The position numbers and the translations under genes were made by a program. Positions 36,782-47,745 of a stretch of DNA of 64,000 bases are shown here, one piece after another. The DNA comes from a virus (Duplodnaviria > Heunggongvirae > Uroviricota > Caudoviricetes). How positions within the stretch are numbered: position 1 is the stretch's first letter; each line of letters begins with the position of its first letter. The notes below the pieces were generated by a model, which saw only the letters and a list, made by a program, of their open reading frames with translations, was not told where the DNA came from and ran no database searches. The stretch is from positions 1-64,000 of the IMG/VR virus record IMGVR_UViG_3300036770_007945; one strand, written 5' to 3'.

Positions 36782-37312
36782 CTAACGGTTCGTAACCGCA
36801 TCAAGATCACAAGTATCGTAACTGAAAGTAATAGAAACGTTAACGCTATCGGGAGCAGTAGTTCCTTGCATTGATACCGCACCTATAGTTTGAACAAAGC
36901 TACCTGTCATGACTACTTCACAAGCAACATCATTACGGGTGTTATAAACTCTTAAAATAATATCTCTTGAATAGTCAGTTTTAGTTCCTGAAGTTGTTCC
37001 TGATTCGGTTCCAGCCAGTATCTCTTTCCAAGCACGGAAAGCATTGTATATAGACATACTAGAGTCCTCAACAAAAGAAGCAGTAAAGGTGCCAGGGAAA
37101 ACTGTCGTTCCTGCAGAATTATGGCTTCTAAAACCTTGAACAACTACTTCAAGGCGAGCGACCTCAATTTGTGGCATTTCAAAACCTGTGCATTGTATAC
37201 TAAGCTTCTTTTCTACCCCCGAACCTCCAGGAATATTAGGAATGATCATTTCATAAAGGTTGTTACCTATAACGTCTATTGACTTTACATCTGAAAATTT
37301 TGTTCTAGCCAT
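36782..37312 (-). CDS. Tail tube protein (T4 gp19-like).
   Basis: The size (176 aa), the position directly downstream of the sheath gene, and the C-terminal pattern F..W..I.AG...Y....Y......G....G...D all resemble T4 gp19. Confidence 0.65.
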   Translation of the reverse strand: MARTKFSDVKSIDVIGNNLYEMIIPNIPGGSGVEKKLSIQCTGFEMPQIEVARLEVVVQGFRSHNSAGTTVFPGTFTASFVEDSSMSIYNAFRAWKEILAGTESGTTSGTKTDYSRDIILRVYNTRNDVACEVVMTGSFVQTIGAVSMQGTTAPDSVNVSITFSYDTCDLDAVTNR

Positions 37313-37333
37313 ATTTCTTTATAATAAAATAAA

Positions 37334-39904
37334 TTAAGTTAAGTTTAAATCCGCAGCACTCACTCCACTTTTTGTGACAATAAGTCTAACCCCTATCGCC
37401 TGTGTAGGAATAGTGGGAGTTATATAGATATCCAAGTTTAGAATACCTGCATCTATATCTGTAGGTTTATTATTGCGTTCGTCCGAGATAACTTCAAAAG
37501 CTTGTAAACCTCGTTTATCTTGGATAGGTCTTAAGAATGAGGTAATAAGATTAACTATCTGAGTTCTAGTAAAATCATCGTTAGGTTCAAAAACTGAAAA
37601 ATCTAAGGATCTTTCTACACTGATAGTAATAATGATGAATAATCTTCTAACGCTGACAAAACTTAGAGCGCTAGATTTAGCCTGTAAAGTCTTGTCGCCC
37701 CAAACAACATAACCGATACCACTTTTTTGAATAATGGAGTTAATTTGATTTGGATAGGTAATTGTAAGATCTGATTTCTTAGGCAATGTTCTTAACCCTA
37801 TTACGTCCGGTATGTTTCCGCGATTTAAACCTGCAGGAGAAAACCAAGTTTCTGCTACCGTATCAGTATAAGCATAACGAGCACCGATATAACCCGAAGG
37901 AGGAACAAATCTTTGTGTGTTATTGAACTCATCTAGAATAAGTAAGTCAGGGTAGTAGAAAGCCCCATAAGAACTGTTAATATTTAGAGAGTTTTTACGA
38001 TACTCTGTGATACTTTGAGTAGTTTGTTTATCTGAAGGAGCATCTAGAACCGCTATGCAATCCTTACGCGTTTCTGCTAAAGAAATCATGTATTGTTGAA
38101 CGCTTGGATCATAATAACCTGCATTAAGAAGTATACGAATATCATAACGTTCTTTATCATCGAAATCCGCCCAGCCTTGTTTGACTTGAGCGCTGGTAGC
38201 AATAGCACCATCGTCACCCCCTGCAAGGTAAAGAATAGCAGGAGTAGTTTGCTTAACCACGTTAGTAGAGAGAATAGGTGTTTGTTGCGCAATTCGAATA
38301 TTTGAAGAACGCGAAGCTGATTTATTAATGACCTCACTAATGTTTTGTTGAACGCCAAAGCCATCGTTTTGCATACCTAAACTTACAACATAACTTTCAA
38401 CAGGTGTAGAAACATTATCTCTAGAGTATACTTCTAAAGTAAAGGTATTAGTTGTAGGTGTATTAGCTAAGGTTTCTACAATAGTAATTGTTGCCTGAGA
38501 AGTTCCTCCTGATACAACAAAGTCAGAAAGTGTTAAGCTAGTAGTAGAATTTGGAGCAACGATTTCAATAACTCTATCATTGGAAGGACTATTAGGAATA
38601 GAGACAACTTGAGCCGATCCTGCACCATAAAGTGTAGCTAAAGTGTTTTGGATGTTAGTAGCAAGATTTGATAGTGTAGTATCGCTATCGGTTGCAAAAG
38701 AAGTAGTAGTGATTGCGGTATTGTTGATAAATCCTGTGATAGAGTTGCCTGTAACGAGGGCTGCAGATATTGTAAGAGTAAGTCTTTGTTTAATACCTTC
38801 ATCTATAGATGCAATTTTAACACCGTAATCGTTGCCCCAAGCACCAGGATTTTCAGAGAAGACCTCAAAGAGTTCGACATTTTCTTCTATAGATGCTGTT
38901 GGCGCTCCAGACCCTGAGAGGTTTAAGTTATCCAAAAACAGACTTGCAGTCGTTGGGTAAATCACCGTGATGATTCTATTGTCATTAATTCCACTACCAG
39001 TTTTGATAGTCTCAATAGAAGAGGTAGCTTGAGAAGCGCCACCAGTCACTGCAACTCCTGTCAATGTTAAGGTATTAACTCCTCCTTGTGGAGATTCAAT
39101 AATAATATTAAGGTCGTTAGAACCAGCTTCAACGTAAGCATTACCGGCGCCTGCAGTAATCAAGGCAGCAGCCAAAGCAGCCATTGTAGCTGCACTTGAA
39201 GTAGCGTAAGTGACTGGAGATATAGCTGTAGACACACCGTTAATAACAACGTTGGCATTAATAACATTAGAAGTCACCAAAGCTGCGGAGAATTTTAGTC
39301 TCAGTAAGGTTTTTACGGGGTTACCTGAAGTTTCGTTAACCACTTTAACTAAACCGCCAGAAGCAAATAAATTTAGTTTGGTTTGTAAAGCAGCGGCAAA
39401 CAGATCCAAAGTATTGTTATTACTTGTTGTATACGTCGCGGTTGCCGTCTCTGTAACTAATCCATCGGAAACTTCTACAGCGATTGTATTACCTGTTAGG
39501 AGTTTATCATTAAGACGAATCAAGGATAGTTTGTGGTTACCTGAAAGATAACTAGAAGTCAGTCCTTGAGGAAATTGTGTATATAGAGTTCTAGTAGGAT
39601 TAATCTCTTTATCTTGATAAAAGATAACACCAGCATACTTGGCACCGTTAACTACTCGACGGCAGAACAAAGCACCTGATTGTTTTAAGAAAGCTAGCGC
39701 AGTGTCGTGCCCGTAACTAACAGAAGCGTCTGGAAAGCCATATAGATCAAGAAACTGATTTCTACCTCCCGTAATTAAGGTAGGTGCTAAGGGCCCTCTT
39801 TTTGATTCAAAAACTACAGCTCCGATTGAAGTCGCCGCACCATCGATTCTTTGTGATAAATCGACTTCAGTTACATATACGCCTGGTGATGGATAGATAG
39901 TCAC
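37334..39904 (-). CDS. Contractile tail sheath protein.
   Basis: The 856-aa protein has a C-terminal conserved sheath block (...ARYAYTDTVAETWFSPAGLNRGNIPDVIGL...) and sits in the sheath-tube gene order. Confidence 0.7.
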   Translation of the reverse strand: MTIYPSPGVYVTEVDLSQRIDGAATSIGAVVFESKRGPLAPTLITGGRNQFLDLYGFPDASVSYGHDTALAFLKQSGALFCRRVVNGAKYAGVIFYQDKEINPTRTLYTQFPQGLTSSYLSGNHKLSLIRLNDKLLTGNTIAVEVSDGLVTETATATYTTSNNNTLDLFAAALQTKLNLFASGGLVKVVNETSGNPVKTLLRLKFSAALVTSNVINANVVINGVSTAISPVTYATSSAATMAALAAALITAGAGNAYVEAGSNDLNIIIESPQGGVNTLTLTGVAVTGGASQATSSIETIKTGSGINDNRIITVIYPTTASLFLDNLNLSGSGAPTASIEENVELFEVFSENPGAWGNDYGVKIASIDEGIKQRLTLTISAALVTGNSITGFINNTAITTTSFATDSDTTLSNLATNIQNTLATLYGAGSAQVVSIPNSPSNDRVIEIVAPNSTTSLTLSDFVVSGGTSQATITIVETLANTPTTNTFTLEVYSRDNVSTPVESYVVSLGMQNDGFGVQQNISEVINKSASRSSNIRIAQQTPILSTNVVKQTTPAILYLAGGDDGAIATSAQVKQGWADFDDKERYDIRILLNAGYYDPSVQQYMISLAETRKDCIAVLDAPSDKQTTQSITEYRKNSLNINSSYGAFYYPDLLILDEFNNTQRFVPPSGYIGARYAYTDTVAETWFSPAGLNRGNIPDVIGLRTLPKKSDLTITYPNQINSIIQKSGIGYVVWGDKTLQAKSSALSFVSVRRLFIIITISVERSLDFSVFEPNDDFTRTQIVNLITSFLRPIQDKRGLQAFEVISDERNNKPTDIDAGILNLDIYITPTIPTQAIGVRLIVTKSGVSAADLNLT

Positions 39905-39957
39905 AGTCTTATAAAATTTAAGTTAATATTTGTTTGTTATTCATTAATTCTAATTAG

Positions 39958-40284
39958 CTACTCCTTAGTTTTTGCTTTAGTAACTTTATTCTTAGATGAT
40001 GTCTGTTCTGAAGAACTTGTTTCTAAAATAGAAGGAGTTTCTTCAACCTTTGCCTCGGGAACCGTAGTGATTATAGTTTTATTTTGCATAATCTGTATAG
40101 CGGTAATGTCGTAGTCAAAAAGGAAACTGTCGTCTATATTGCTAATAGCGTTTGCATTTAACTGAATGACATCTCCGGCGGCATTTTTCAGTAAGATAGG
40201 GTATGCTCGCTTATTGCGCACTTTTCTTATCATAATCTCTTGTTTTGGTATTAAATCAATAAACATTGAAGTTAGAATTAACAA
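39958..40284 (-). CDS. Hypothetical protein.
   Basis: A 108-aa ORF upstream of the sheath gene on the same strand. Confidence 0.4.
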   Translation of the reverse strand: MLILTSMFIDLIPKQEIMIRKVRNKRAYPILLKNAAGDVIQLNANAISNIDDSFLFDYDITAIQIMQNKTIITTVPEAKVEETPSILETSSSEQTSSKNKVTKAKTKE

Positions 40285-40394
40285 CTTCGTTAATATCAGA
40301 AAATTAGAGTGCTTACAGTAAAGTTGTCTAGAACGCTTCTCACACTGTATTGGTTTAAAGTTTAATAACCTTTTTTAAATTTACTGTAGACTCT

Positions 40395-40949
40395 ATGAAA
40401 TTTATGTTGCTTTTTAAAGTTTACCCTTTATTATACCTATCGATACTTATACTTTTAATAACTTTAATAACTCGTATTATGAAACTCTTACAATTAACTA
40501 ATCAAGAAAACGCAACACAGCTTGTTGAAGCTTTAAATACTTTTGCTTCTTATAAGGAGGCAGAAGAAGCTTTAAATAGTCTTAAGAAGCAAGCAGAAGA
40601 AGCTCGAAAGTTAATACTAGAACAACTTCCCTTGCTGGATGCAACGCTAACTTTACCTAAACTAGAAGTATTTTTGGATGATGTCAAGTCGGCAAAAGCA
40701 TTCATGATTGAGGCTTCTTCTAGCAGAACCACTTTCCTTACTGCAGAAGACATTGAGAAAGAGATAAAGAAAGCTAAACAACTCAAGGTAGGGGACATAA
40801 AGTCTAATCCTAGAGTAACTTTTAAAGTCTCTAGGGTGGAAAAGAACCTGGATAAACCTTTTGTAGAATCTACACAACTAGCGCCTCAAGAAGTATCTCC
40901 CGCAACGGAAGTTTCGATACAAACCGAAGTTTTAGCAACAAATTCATAA
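40395..40949 (+). CDS. Hypothetical membrane-anchored coiled-coil protein.
   Basis: An N-terminal hydrophobic helix followed by a Glu/Ala/Lys-rich helical region. Confidence 0.4.
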   Translation: MKFMLLFKVYPLLYLSILILLITLITRIMKLLQLTNQENATQLVEALNTFASYKEAEEALNSLKKQAEEARKLILEQLPLLDATLTLPKLEVFLDDVKSAKAFMIEASSSRTTFLTAEDIEKEIKKAKQLKVGDIKSNPRVTFKVSRVEKNLDKPFVESTQLAPQEVSPATEVSIQTEVLATNS

Positions 40950-40967
40950 CTTAAGATTTAAATAATT

Positions 40968-42308
40968 ATGGCAATTATAACAATAAAATCTAACCGCAAG
41001 GGATTCTCTTATGAGTTAAATAAGAATCCGAAATCCGGATTGCAGGCAAAAAGCTGCAGAGAGGGGATTCTTTTTGGTTTCTTTTCTCGGAAAGGTAAGA
41101 CTTTTAATCTATATTTTCAGGATAGTCCTCTTCTAGTATCCTTTCCCAACACGGAAGAGACGGAGGTAAACTACAACGACTTGACTAGGTATACTAGTCC
41201 TGAATGCTACCTGCATATGCTCGATAAAGGAATCTCTATCAAAGAGCCTGAAGAAGACGTAGAGTCGTTTAACGGCACTTACACTATGTCATTAAGTGGT
41301 GTTACAATCAAAAATACGGAGTTAGCTAAACTATTTGTCTCAGGTGTTCAAGATAAAGTTAAGATTGTTTTCAAAAAACTTTTATTAGAAAATGATGAGA
41401 TCTTTGCTGTGACTTTCGAAATGAAAGCGACATGTCTATACAATATAGTGCAAGTAGTTAAGCTTTTTCTACTTTTAATGTTTGCTCATAACACATCAGG
41501 TGAAAAGCAAAGATACTTTGCTCCGGAACAGGTATGGAAGTATTTACAGCAACTAGTTAGATTAAACCTAAACTATAAGTTACGCTGTGTTTTTAAAGAT
41601 TCTTTTCTACAAAACAGCCTTTTCAAAACAAAATATAAAGAGTTATTAGAAAGGTCTCCTACGCACAGTTATACTTTTAATGTCGATTCAAATCTACAAC
41701 AATGTAAAAACTACATCATGGCTTTACCTATGGTGCATGACTATAAACACATTATAACATTAGGAGATCTAGCAGGGGCTTATTATAAGACTTTGATTAA
41801 GAAGCTAGTAGACACAAAGGAAGATAATATTTACCTTTCGTTATTAGGTGTAAATGATAGGATTGCTTCAAAAGCGTCTCAAGATTCTGTTCAGGAGGCA
41901 TGCGCCGTAAACATTTATAACACAGTAGAAGATATAAAGTCTTCCTTAGGAGATTTTACTAAGAAAGGGGCGGCCACTTTAATAATCCATCTTGAGGATT
42001 TAGAAAAATATTCGCAAAAACCTTTGATTAGTGTCTCTGATGAAGAGGAGGGTAGTATAAATTCCGCTTGCGAGTTGATTAAAGGTCTAAGCGCAAAACA
42101 ATTCACTCTCGAAGACTTACAGGTAAGTAAAATAGTAGTAGTCGACTGTTTAGAATCTGAGGATGACTCTCAAGTAGATACTAAATACCGCTTGCTATTT
42201 TTAAAGGCTTTGGGATGTTCATGGGAGTTAATAAATAGCACTTTAGTAGGGGATAGAGTTGACGATTATCAGCCTTACCGTGTCGATATCTACAACGAGC
42301 TTTACTAG
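40968..42308 (+). CDS. Hypothetical protein.
   Basis: A 446-aa ORF. Confidence 0.45.
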   Translation: MAIITIKSNRKGFSYELNKNPKSGLQAKSCREGILFGFFSRKGKTFNLYFQDSPLLVSFPNTEETEVNYNDLTRYTSPECYLHMLDKGISIKEPEEDVESFNGTYTMSLSGVTIKNTELAKLFVSGVQDKVKIVFKKLLLENDEIFAVTFEMKATCLYNIVQVVKLFLLLMFAHNTSGEKQRYFAPEQVWKYLQQLVRLNLNYKLRCVFKDSFLQNSLFKTKYKELLERSPTHSYTFNVDSNLQQCKNYIMALPMVHDYKHIITLGDLAGAYYKTLIKKLVDTKEDNIYLSLLGVNDRIASKASQDSVQEACAVNIYNTVEDIKSSLGDFTKKGAATLIIHLEDLEKYSQKPLISVSDEEEGSINSACELIKGLSAKQFTLEDLQVSKIVVVDCLESEDDSQVDTKYRLLFLKALGCSWELINSTLVGDRVDDYQPYRVDIYNELY

Positions 42309-42432
42309 TTACGAAAAGAGGTTAATAAACTAAAATCGTTTCGTTGACGCTTAAAAAAAGAATTAAGTAAGAAGTTTACTTAATATAGATAAAACTTATC
42401 TATCTTATAAACTATCAATATTTTATAAAAAT

Positions 42433-42882
42433 ATGACTAAGAAAAAAATACCGGTTACTAAGCCGAAAACTAAGAAAGCTTCTAAAAGCACTACAACAGA
42501 GATCAAAACTTTTAATGTATATAATGCAAAAGGTCTAACCTTTCTTAAAGAGTGTTTAGAGGAGCTTTCTAATAAAACCAACTGTTCAAAACGTTTAAGC
42601 AGGATTCATAGTTATATCTCTGAACTATCTCTCAAAGGTAAACCTAAAGATGTGGTGGCTCAAAGCTCTGTAGGAAATCTTATCAGACTTTTCGCAGAAA
42701 ATAACCCACAACATGAAGTGACCAAACTTGACATAGAAATGCTTTTAAAGGCTAAAATTCTTACAAGTTCTAAAAAAATTGCAGAATACTTCTCTGAAAA
42801 TTTTACTCACTTTCAAGCTTGCTACATAGGTAAGCTAAAGAGTGGTAAAGCTTCTATCAACTATAACACTAAAAATTCTTAA
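42433..42882 (+). CDS. Hypothetical basic, Lys-rich protein.
   Basis: N-terminal MTKKKIPVTKPKTKKASK. It may be a DNA-binding or internal virion protein. Confidence 0.35.
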   Translation: MTKKKIPVTKPKTKKASKSTTTEIKTFNVYNAKGLTFLKECLEELSNKTNCSKRLSRIHSYISELSLKGKPKDVVAQSSVGNLIRLFAENNPQHEVTKLDIEMLLKAKILTSSKKIAEYFSENFTHFQACYIGKLKSGKASINYNTKNS

Positions 42883-42999
42883 GATCCTGAGAGTTTTAAA
42901 TTTTGAAATTAAAAGTTAGACTGCTTTATGTAGTTTGACTTTTAATTTTAGAGTGATAGAGGTTTTATAAAACCTTACAAAATTTTTGTTGATTAATAT

Positions 43000-43824
43000 A
43001 TGCTCCTTCCACATCTCAGAGATTTAAAAAATCCACAAGCTACTATCGAAAAAAACAAAACTTATTTAGCTAGAGTCGTAAACAATAACGATCCAAGCAA
43101 ATTGGGTAGAGTTCAAATACGGATTGCAAAACTTCATAGGGGAGTGAGTGATAGTGATTTGCCTTATGCAAGTCCCTTGACCTTTAGTTTACAAGGAAAT
43201 AACCAAACAGGCTCTCTCAACATTCCGGTCAATGGCTCTACAGTCGTAGTAGAATATTTTGACGATTACAGTATTTTTTACAAAGGCAGCTTTTATAGCT
43301 CCTCTTCTGTCCCTTCTGAACTGACCTCTTCCGGTTATCCTAATTGTTATGGTTTTGTTGACGCGAGCGGAAATAAGTTAATAGTAAATACACAAATAGA
43401 TACTTTTACATTTACTCATTTATCAGGCACAACATTTAGTATTACACAAGACGGATCAGTGTTGATACAATCAGGAAAAACTTTGAAGATAGAAGCCGAT
43501 AAAATAGAAATGAAAGCTACTACAGATATTGCTATATCTAGTGCAAATCTAAACATTGATACTAGTGCGAGTATTAATTTAAAAAGTCTAGGAAATATCC
43601 TAATTCAAGGAGGTTCGGTTCTTTTAACATCTGCAGCAGCTGTAACGATGAATGCTGCAAATTTTATATTAAATGCAGTGTTTAACTTGGTCCCTTTAAC
43701 AGGTTGGGTGACTCCGCCAGCGGCGCAAGCAACTCCGTCTACTGCTTCTGTGACCCCGCCTGTAGCGCCTACTCCTAGAACTAAACCTACAATAACGGGT
43801 TTCACAAATCAAACAGACTATTAA
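43000..43824 (+). CDS. Baseplate central spike protein (gp5 N-terminal OB / gpV-like).
   Basis: The N-terminus (ARVVNNNDPSKLGRVQIRIAKLHRG...LPYASP) resembles the OB domain of phage baseplate assembly protein V/gp5. The C-terminus is repetitive and beta-rich (...KIEADKIEMKATTDIAISSANLNIDTSASINLKS...). Confidence 0.5.
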   Translation: MLLPHLRDLKNPQATIEKNKTYLARVVNNNDPSKLGRVQIRIAKLHRGVSDSDLPYASPLTFSLQGNNQTGSLNIPVNGSTVVVEYFDDYSIFYKGSFYSSSSVPSELTSSGYPNCYGFVDASGNKLIVNTQIDTFTFTHLSGTTFSITQDGSVLIQSGKTLKIEADKIEMKATTDIAISSANLNIDTSASINLKSLGNILIQGGSVLLTSAAAVTMNAANFILNAVFNLVPLTGWVTPPAAQATPSTASVTPPVAPTPRTKPTITGFTNQTDY

Positions 43825-43842
43825 AGCAAAATTCAAAAGTAT

Positions 43843-45033
43843 TTATAGCATTGAGTTGTTCTTTAGATTCCTTCCATGATTAGTTAAAGTAATTAATTCT
43901 CTGAAGATGTTTCTAGTTATATTGATAGTTTTACCTGTAACGACATAATTACCACTGTAAACCTCTTCTTTGGAATCTTCGAATTTCTGGTCTATAGAAA
44001 CCTTGACTGTATCTAATAGCCGTATTTTAGTATACTCGTTGATAGTAACTACTTTCAAAACATTAGAATATAAATAGCGCAATCTTTGGTTTTTTGCGTA
44101 AGCTTTATAATAATTGTTATAAGTATTACCAACGTCTAAAGGTAAATGCTGATAGTTTACTTCTTTGATTATACTCTTTCCTTTTTTGTTTATTTCACTC
44201 ACAGGCGTTCTACGATTAAAAGTAACGGTGGAACTTTCAAAATCCTGAGAAGTTTGCACACTTTTTTGTAAGAAGGTTTTGCCATAAGAACCTAATGCAT
44301 TATATAAACCAGCGAGATTCTTAGCTTGGTAAGATGCAAAGACATAAGAATTTTTTTCTATTGCTTTATTTTCGCGACTTACTTCAGTCCCTGCATAAGT
44401 AGCCTTAGTTAAATATTCTAATTGATGTTTAGGGTTAGCTGCAAGCAGTCCAGTAAGATCTTTAAAAATTAAAGTTTTAGGATGTGTAACTCCTATAATT
44501 GGGAGAGCCGTTGGATTAATAAAACTATAGTCGCAGAGGTGATTTGCAAAAGTAAAATAGGTTCTCCCGTGACTATACCAAACTTGACTATCCCCTGTAG
44601 TTATTATATCAACGGAGAGATCGCATTCTTTTCCAAGGCGAGTCAAGACTCCCGATACCGAGCCTTTATAAGAGGTGGCAGGAAGAGCTACAAGAAATTT
44701 ATAAGTATTAAGTATTGCATGCACCGTAATATCGTAACCCTCATCTGTAGTAGTTGAAGGAGTTATATCAGGTGCGCCGAAAACCACTAAGTTTAAATTA
44801 TAGGGGAAATCTATTATTGAATGCCTTATCTCTACACTGAACGGTGCTAAATCATATAAGGAGGTGCGAACAAACTCTAAATCACTGTCTCGGCAATTTA
44901 ATTTGATTTGACACGTAGGTAAACCAATCTGAGTATTCTCTATATACTCAAAACTAGATAGTAGTGTAGGAGTAGCTGGCTCTGTTTGAAATTTTATGTC
45001 CACTGTTATCTTTGCATCAATCTGAAATTGCAT
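43843..45033 (-). CDS. Hypothetical baseplate or tail protein, possibly a hub component.
   Basis: A 396-aa ORF adjacent to the spike and gpX-like genes. The call rests on synteny only. Confidence 0.3.
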   Translation of the reverse strand: MQFQIDAKITVDIKFQTEPATPTLLSSFEYIENTQIGLPTCQIKLNCRDSDLEFVRTSLYDLAPFSVEIRHSIIDFPYNLNLVVFGAPDITPSTTTDEGYDITVHAILNTYKFLVALPATSYKGSVSGVLTRLGKECDLSVDIITTGDSQVWYSHGRTYFTFANHLCDYSFINPTALPIIGVTHPKTLIFKDLTGLLAANPKHQLEYLTKATYAGTEVSRENKAIEKNSYVFASYQAKNLAGLYNALGSYGKTFLQKSVQTSQDFESSTVTFNRRTPVSEINKKGKSIIKEVNYQHLPLDVGNTYNNYYKAYAKNQRLRYLYSNVLKVVTINEYTKIRLLDTVKVSIDQKFEDSKEEVYSGNYVVTGKTINITRNIFRELITLTNHGRNLKNNSML

Positions 45034-45073
45034 ACGTATTTAGTTTAAAATTTATTTTAAAAATCTATCTTGG

Positions 45074-45451
45074 TTAGACCTCAACAGCCCCTGCAGCTGC
45101 GTTAACCTCACCACTCTTATACGCCAATAAAAAAGAATCAACATCCTCTTTGAGCGGTATTTTAATTGCTTCTCCGGGGGGTAGATTTAAAGGGTGATGT
45201 AGATTGGTGTTGTAAGCAAAAAGCAACCACCATAGAGAGGTGTTTTGATATGCTTTATAACTAAGTAAGTCTAAGCGATCCCCTTGCTTTAAAATATAGG
45301 TGTTGAATCTAGTCACTTTAGATTTTAAGAGTGTTAGATAGCTAGAACCGAAATAATCTAATCTAGTAGGTAGTTTAGAGTTCTCAACGGTAAAACTTTT
45401 AATAAGTTTACTGCGATGATAACTTGGATTTTCAGCACTACTTCTTCTCAT
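45074..45451 (-). CDS. Tail protein X-like protein with a LysM-like fold.
   Basis: YILKQGDRLDLLSYKAYQN matches the LysM/gpX pattern (Y.V..GDTLD.i....). Confidence 0.4.
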   Translation of the reverse strand: MRRSSAENPSYHRSKLIKSFTVENSKLPTRLDYFGSSYLTLLKSKVTRFNTYILKQGDRLDLLSYKAYQNTSLWWLLFAYNTNLHHPLNLPPGEAIKIPLKEDVDSFLLAYKSGEVNAAAGAVEV

Positions 45452-45457
45452 AAGTAT

Positions 45458-46207
45458 TTAAGACCTCCATTGTGAAACTTTGTTCATCAAAGATCCTGCA
45501 TCGGACTTACTGTCCGAAGGAGATCCTCCAACTATAGTTAATTCATAATCCAAATAGTTAAGGTCGACTCTGACTTTGATACGATCAGTAGTATTACCAT
45601 ACTCGTAACCACGTAAGTTTGAAGGCCAACACTTCTTAAGAACTATAGACATGTATCTCTGCTTTGTAGTTTCTAGCGCTTCATTATCTACGACGGGTAG
45701 AGCTATAAATTCTATATCTTTGCCGTAAACAGCGGGGACCCCGTAGATTCTTGTATCTTTATTGTAGACTTGCTTCATCCACTTATTAAAATAATCTGTA
45801 GTAGCGTAATCTTCGGTTTCATAGAACGTCGCTGTGATCGGTTGTGTAGCCGGTTGTCCTGGAAACGAAACCATTCTACCATTATAGTAGCGGTCCTCCT
45901 TACCTAAGTCTAACGTGGGGTGCACATCAATGGTCTCGCAGAGTATGACTCGGGAATCTGGAGCAGCCGATAAGAATTTACTTATAGCTTTAAGTATCGG
46001 ATTCTTTGCGGTAGTTTTTGGTTCTTCCGCTTTCTCACTAGGAAGAGGTGGAAGGATTAAATTCCAACGCCAGGTAGGTGCAGGTCTGTTTAAATTTCTA
46101 ATATCCTTGAAACTAACTGCCTTGACATTTCGCGAAGGAGGACTCTCAGGAGACTTTTTAGAAACAGCATCTTTAACTTTTTGAATTAATGCAGAAGGAG
46201 TTAACAT
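45458..46207 (-). CDS. Hypothetical protein.
   Basis: A 249-aa ORF. Confidence 0.4.
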   Translation of the reverse strand: MLTPSALIQKVKDAVSKKSPESPPSRNVKAVSFKDIRNLNRPAPTWRWNLILPPLPSEKAEEPKTTAKNPILKAISKFLSAAPDSRVILCETIDVHPTLDLGKEDRYYNGRMVSFPGQPATQPITATFYETEDYATTDYFNKWMKQVYNKDTRIYGVPAVYGKDIEFIALPVVDNEALETTKQRYMSIVLKKCWPSNLRGYEYGNTTDRIKVRVDLNYLDYELTIVGGSPSDSKSDAGSLMNKVSQWRS

Positions 46208-46393
46208 AATTGATGAATCGTTGCCAATAACTATAAGGTTAAAGATAGAAAGAGTATAAATAAAATTAAAGCGCTGAATAAATAAATAAAATTTTTACTT
46301 TTACTCTTGATTTTAAAAATTGTTATAGTAAAATTGTTTGAGTTAGTAATAACGTCAAAAATTTCTTTTTAAACTTAAATTTATATAAATATT

Positions 46394-47653
46394 ATGTCAT
46401 TTTGGTCCGCCATTGAAAACAAAAAATCTAACTTTGATAAAGTTAAATTTGTGCAAGCCAACCAAGTCGTTGAGCTTGTTGATAAAGAAAAAGACTTAAG
46501 AGGAGACTCTTTTGTCAATGCTAGACTTCTAGGCAACTTTGTCGGTTTTCGTATTCTTACCGTTCCTTTACTTAAGGACGGTAAATTCTTGAGAAAAGGT
46601 AATCACTTAGTTGGTTATCCTAAAGCTAGTTTAGGTTATAATTATCTGTCAGGAGAGTTAGATGAATCCAAGTGTCCTTACTTACAGATGATTAATGCTT
46701 CTAATACAACGATCGTCAACGCCGTAATCTCTTTCATTACAGATCCAGCATCAACTATGAAAGATAAAGACGAACTAGCTAATTATATTAGGCATTATGG
46801 ACTTTCTGCTGCTTGGGAAGACAAGCAGATGAAAGCTTTATTGGAAGGTTCTAAAGAGTTGGTTGCTTTATTGAAGCCAATCATGACTAGAGGTCATGAA
46901 GAATACTATACCAATATAGTTCTTGATCCTATGCAAGCGGAAAAGAATCCAAGCTACTATGATATGTCTAGTAGAACAGCTTATGAAGCTACTTTGAGAG
47001 ATTTTCCTTTATACACTGAAACCTACGGTAAGCAGGTATACTTTAAGGAGAGTAAAGCTAGTGCAGCTCCAACTCCGGTTAAAGTTCTTAAGGTCACTAG
47101 TAGTCATCTAAGAACAATCTTCAAAGATGTAGTCAAAGAAAATTTGATTACAAACAGCGAAGGTAACGATGAAGTCCGTAATATAGAAGATCCGACAGTA
47201 GGTTCTTATATTAAGATTCGATTGGAGACTTTGGCTAATCTTAAACAAGCCAACGGTAATCCTACAACCACTTATAAATTTGCTTTAGGCACCATTCCTC
47301 GAAAACCTTTAACTGAAAACGAATCCAAATATCTATTGTGGGATTTAAGTAAAATTTCAGGCAATGAGACCTACGAAGAAGCTGTAGGTTTGCTTGCTCG
47401 TTTAGGTTATTCACCAAAGCGACCGGTTTCAACAGTTTCTTTCTCACCGGAAGCTTTTGGTTTACCGGTTGTAAATTCAGGAGTTAATGCCGGAACTAAG
47501 GTAACCAGTGAAGGGCAACCAGCATCTATCAATAAAACTTTATCTCAAGGTAATGTTCCAGTAGTAAATACAACTCCTGTTGAACCTCGAGCTCAAACAC
47601 AACCGGTATCACAACTCTCAGCAGATAACTTCGACGAAATCTTCGGAGGCTAA
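46394..47653 (+). CDS. Hypothetical protein, possibly an ssDNA-binding protein.
   Basis: A 419-aa ORF immediately upstream of the RecA-like gene. The acidic C-terminal tip (...DNFDEIFGG) is reminiscent of SSB C-terminal tails. The functional call is weak. Confidence 0.4.
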   Translation: MSFWSAIENKKSNFDKVKFVQANQVVELVDKEKDLRGDSFVNARLLGNFVGFRILTVPLLKDGKFLRKGNHLVGYPKASLGYNYLSGELDESKCPYLQMINASNTTIVNAVISFITDPASTMKDKDELANYIRHYGLSAAWEDKQMKALLEGSKELVALLKPIMTRGHEEYYTNIVLDPMQAEKNPSYYDMSSRTAYEATLRDFPLYTETYGKQVYFKESKASAAPTPVKVLKVTSSHLRTIFKDVVKENLITNSEGNDEVRNIEDPTVGSYIKIRLETLANLKQANGNPTTTYKFALGTIPRKPLTENESKYLLWDLSKISGNETYEEAVGLLARLGYSPKRPVSTVSFSPEAFGLPVVNSGVNAGTKVTSEGQPASINKTLSQGNVPVVNTTPVEPRAQTQPVSQLSADNFDEIFGG

Positions 47654-47745
47654 GACTTGTCAACATTGGAGGTAAGAAATATTTCTTACCTCCAACTACT
47701 ACCTCCCTTCTTAAAAGTTTCAATACTTAACAACTAATCAAATTT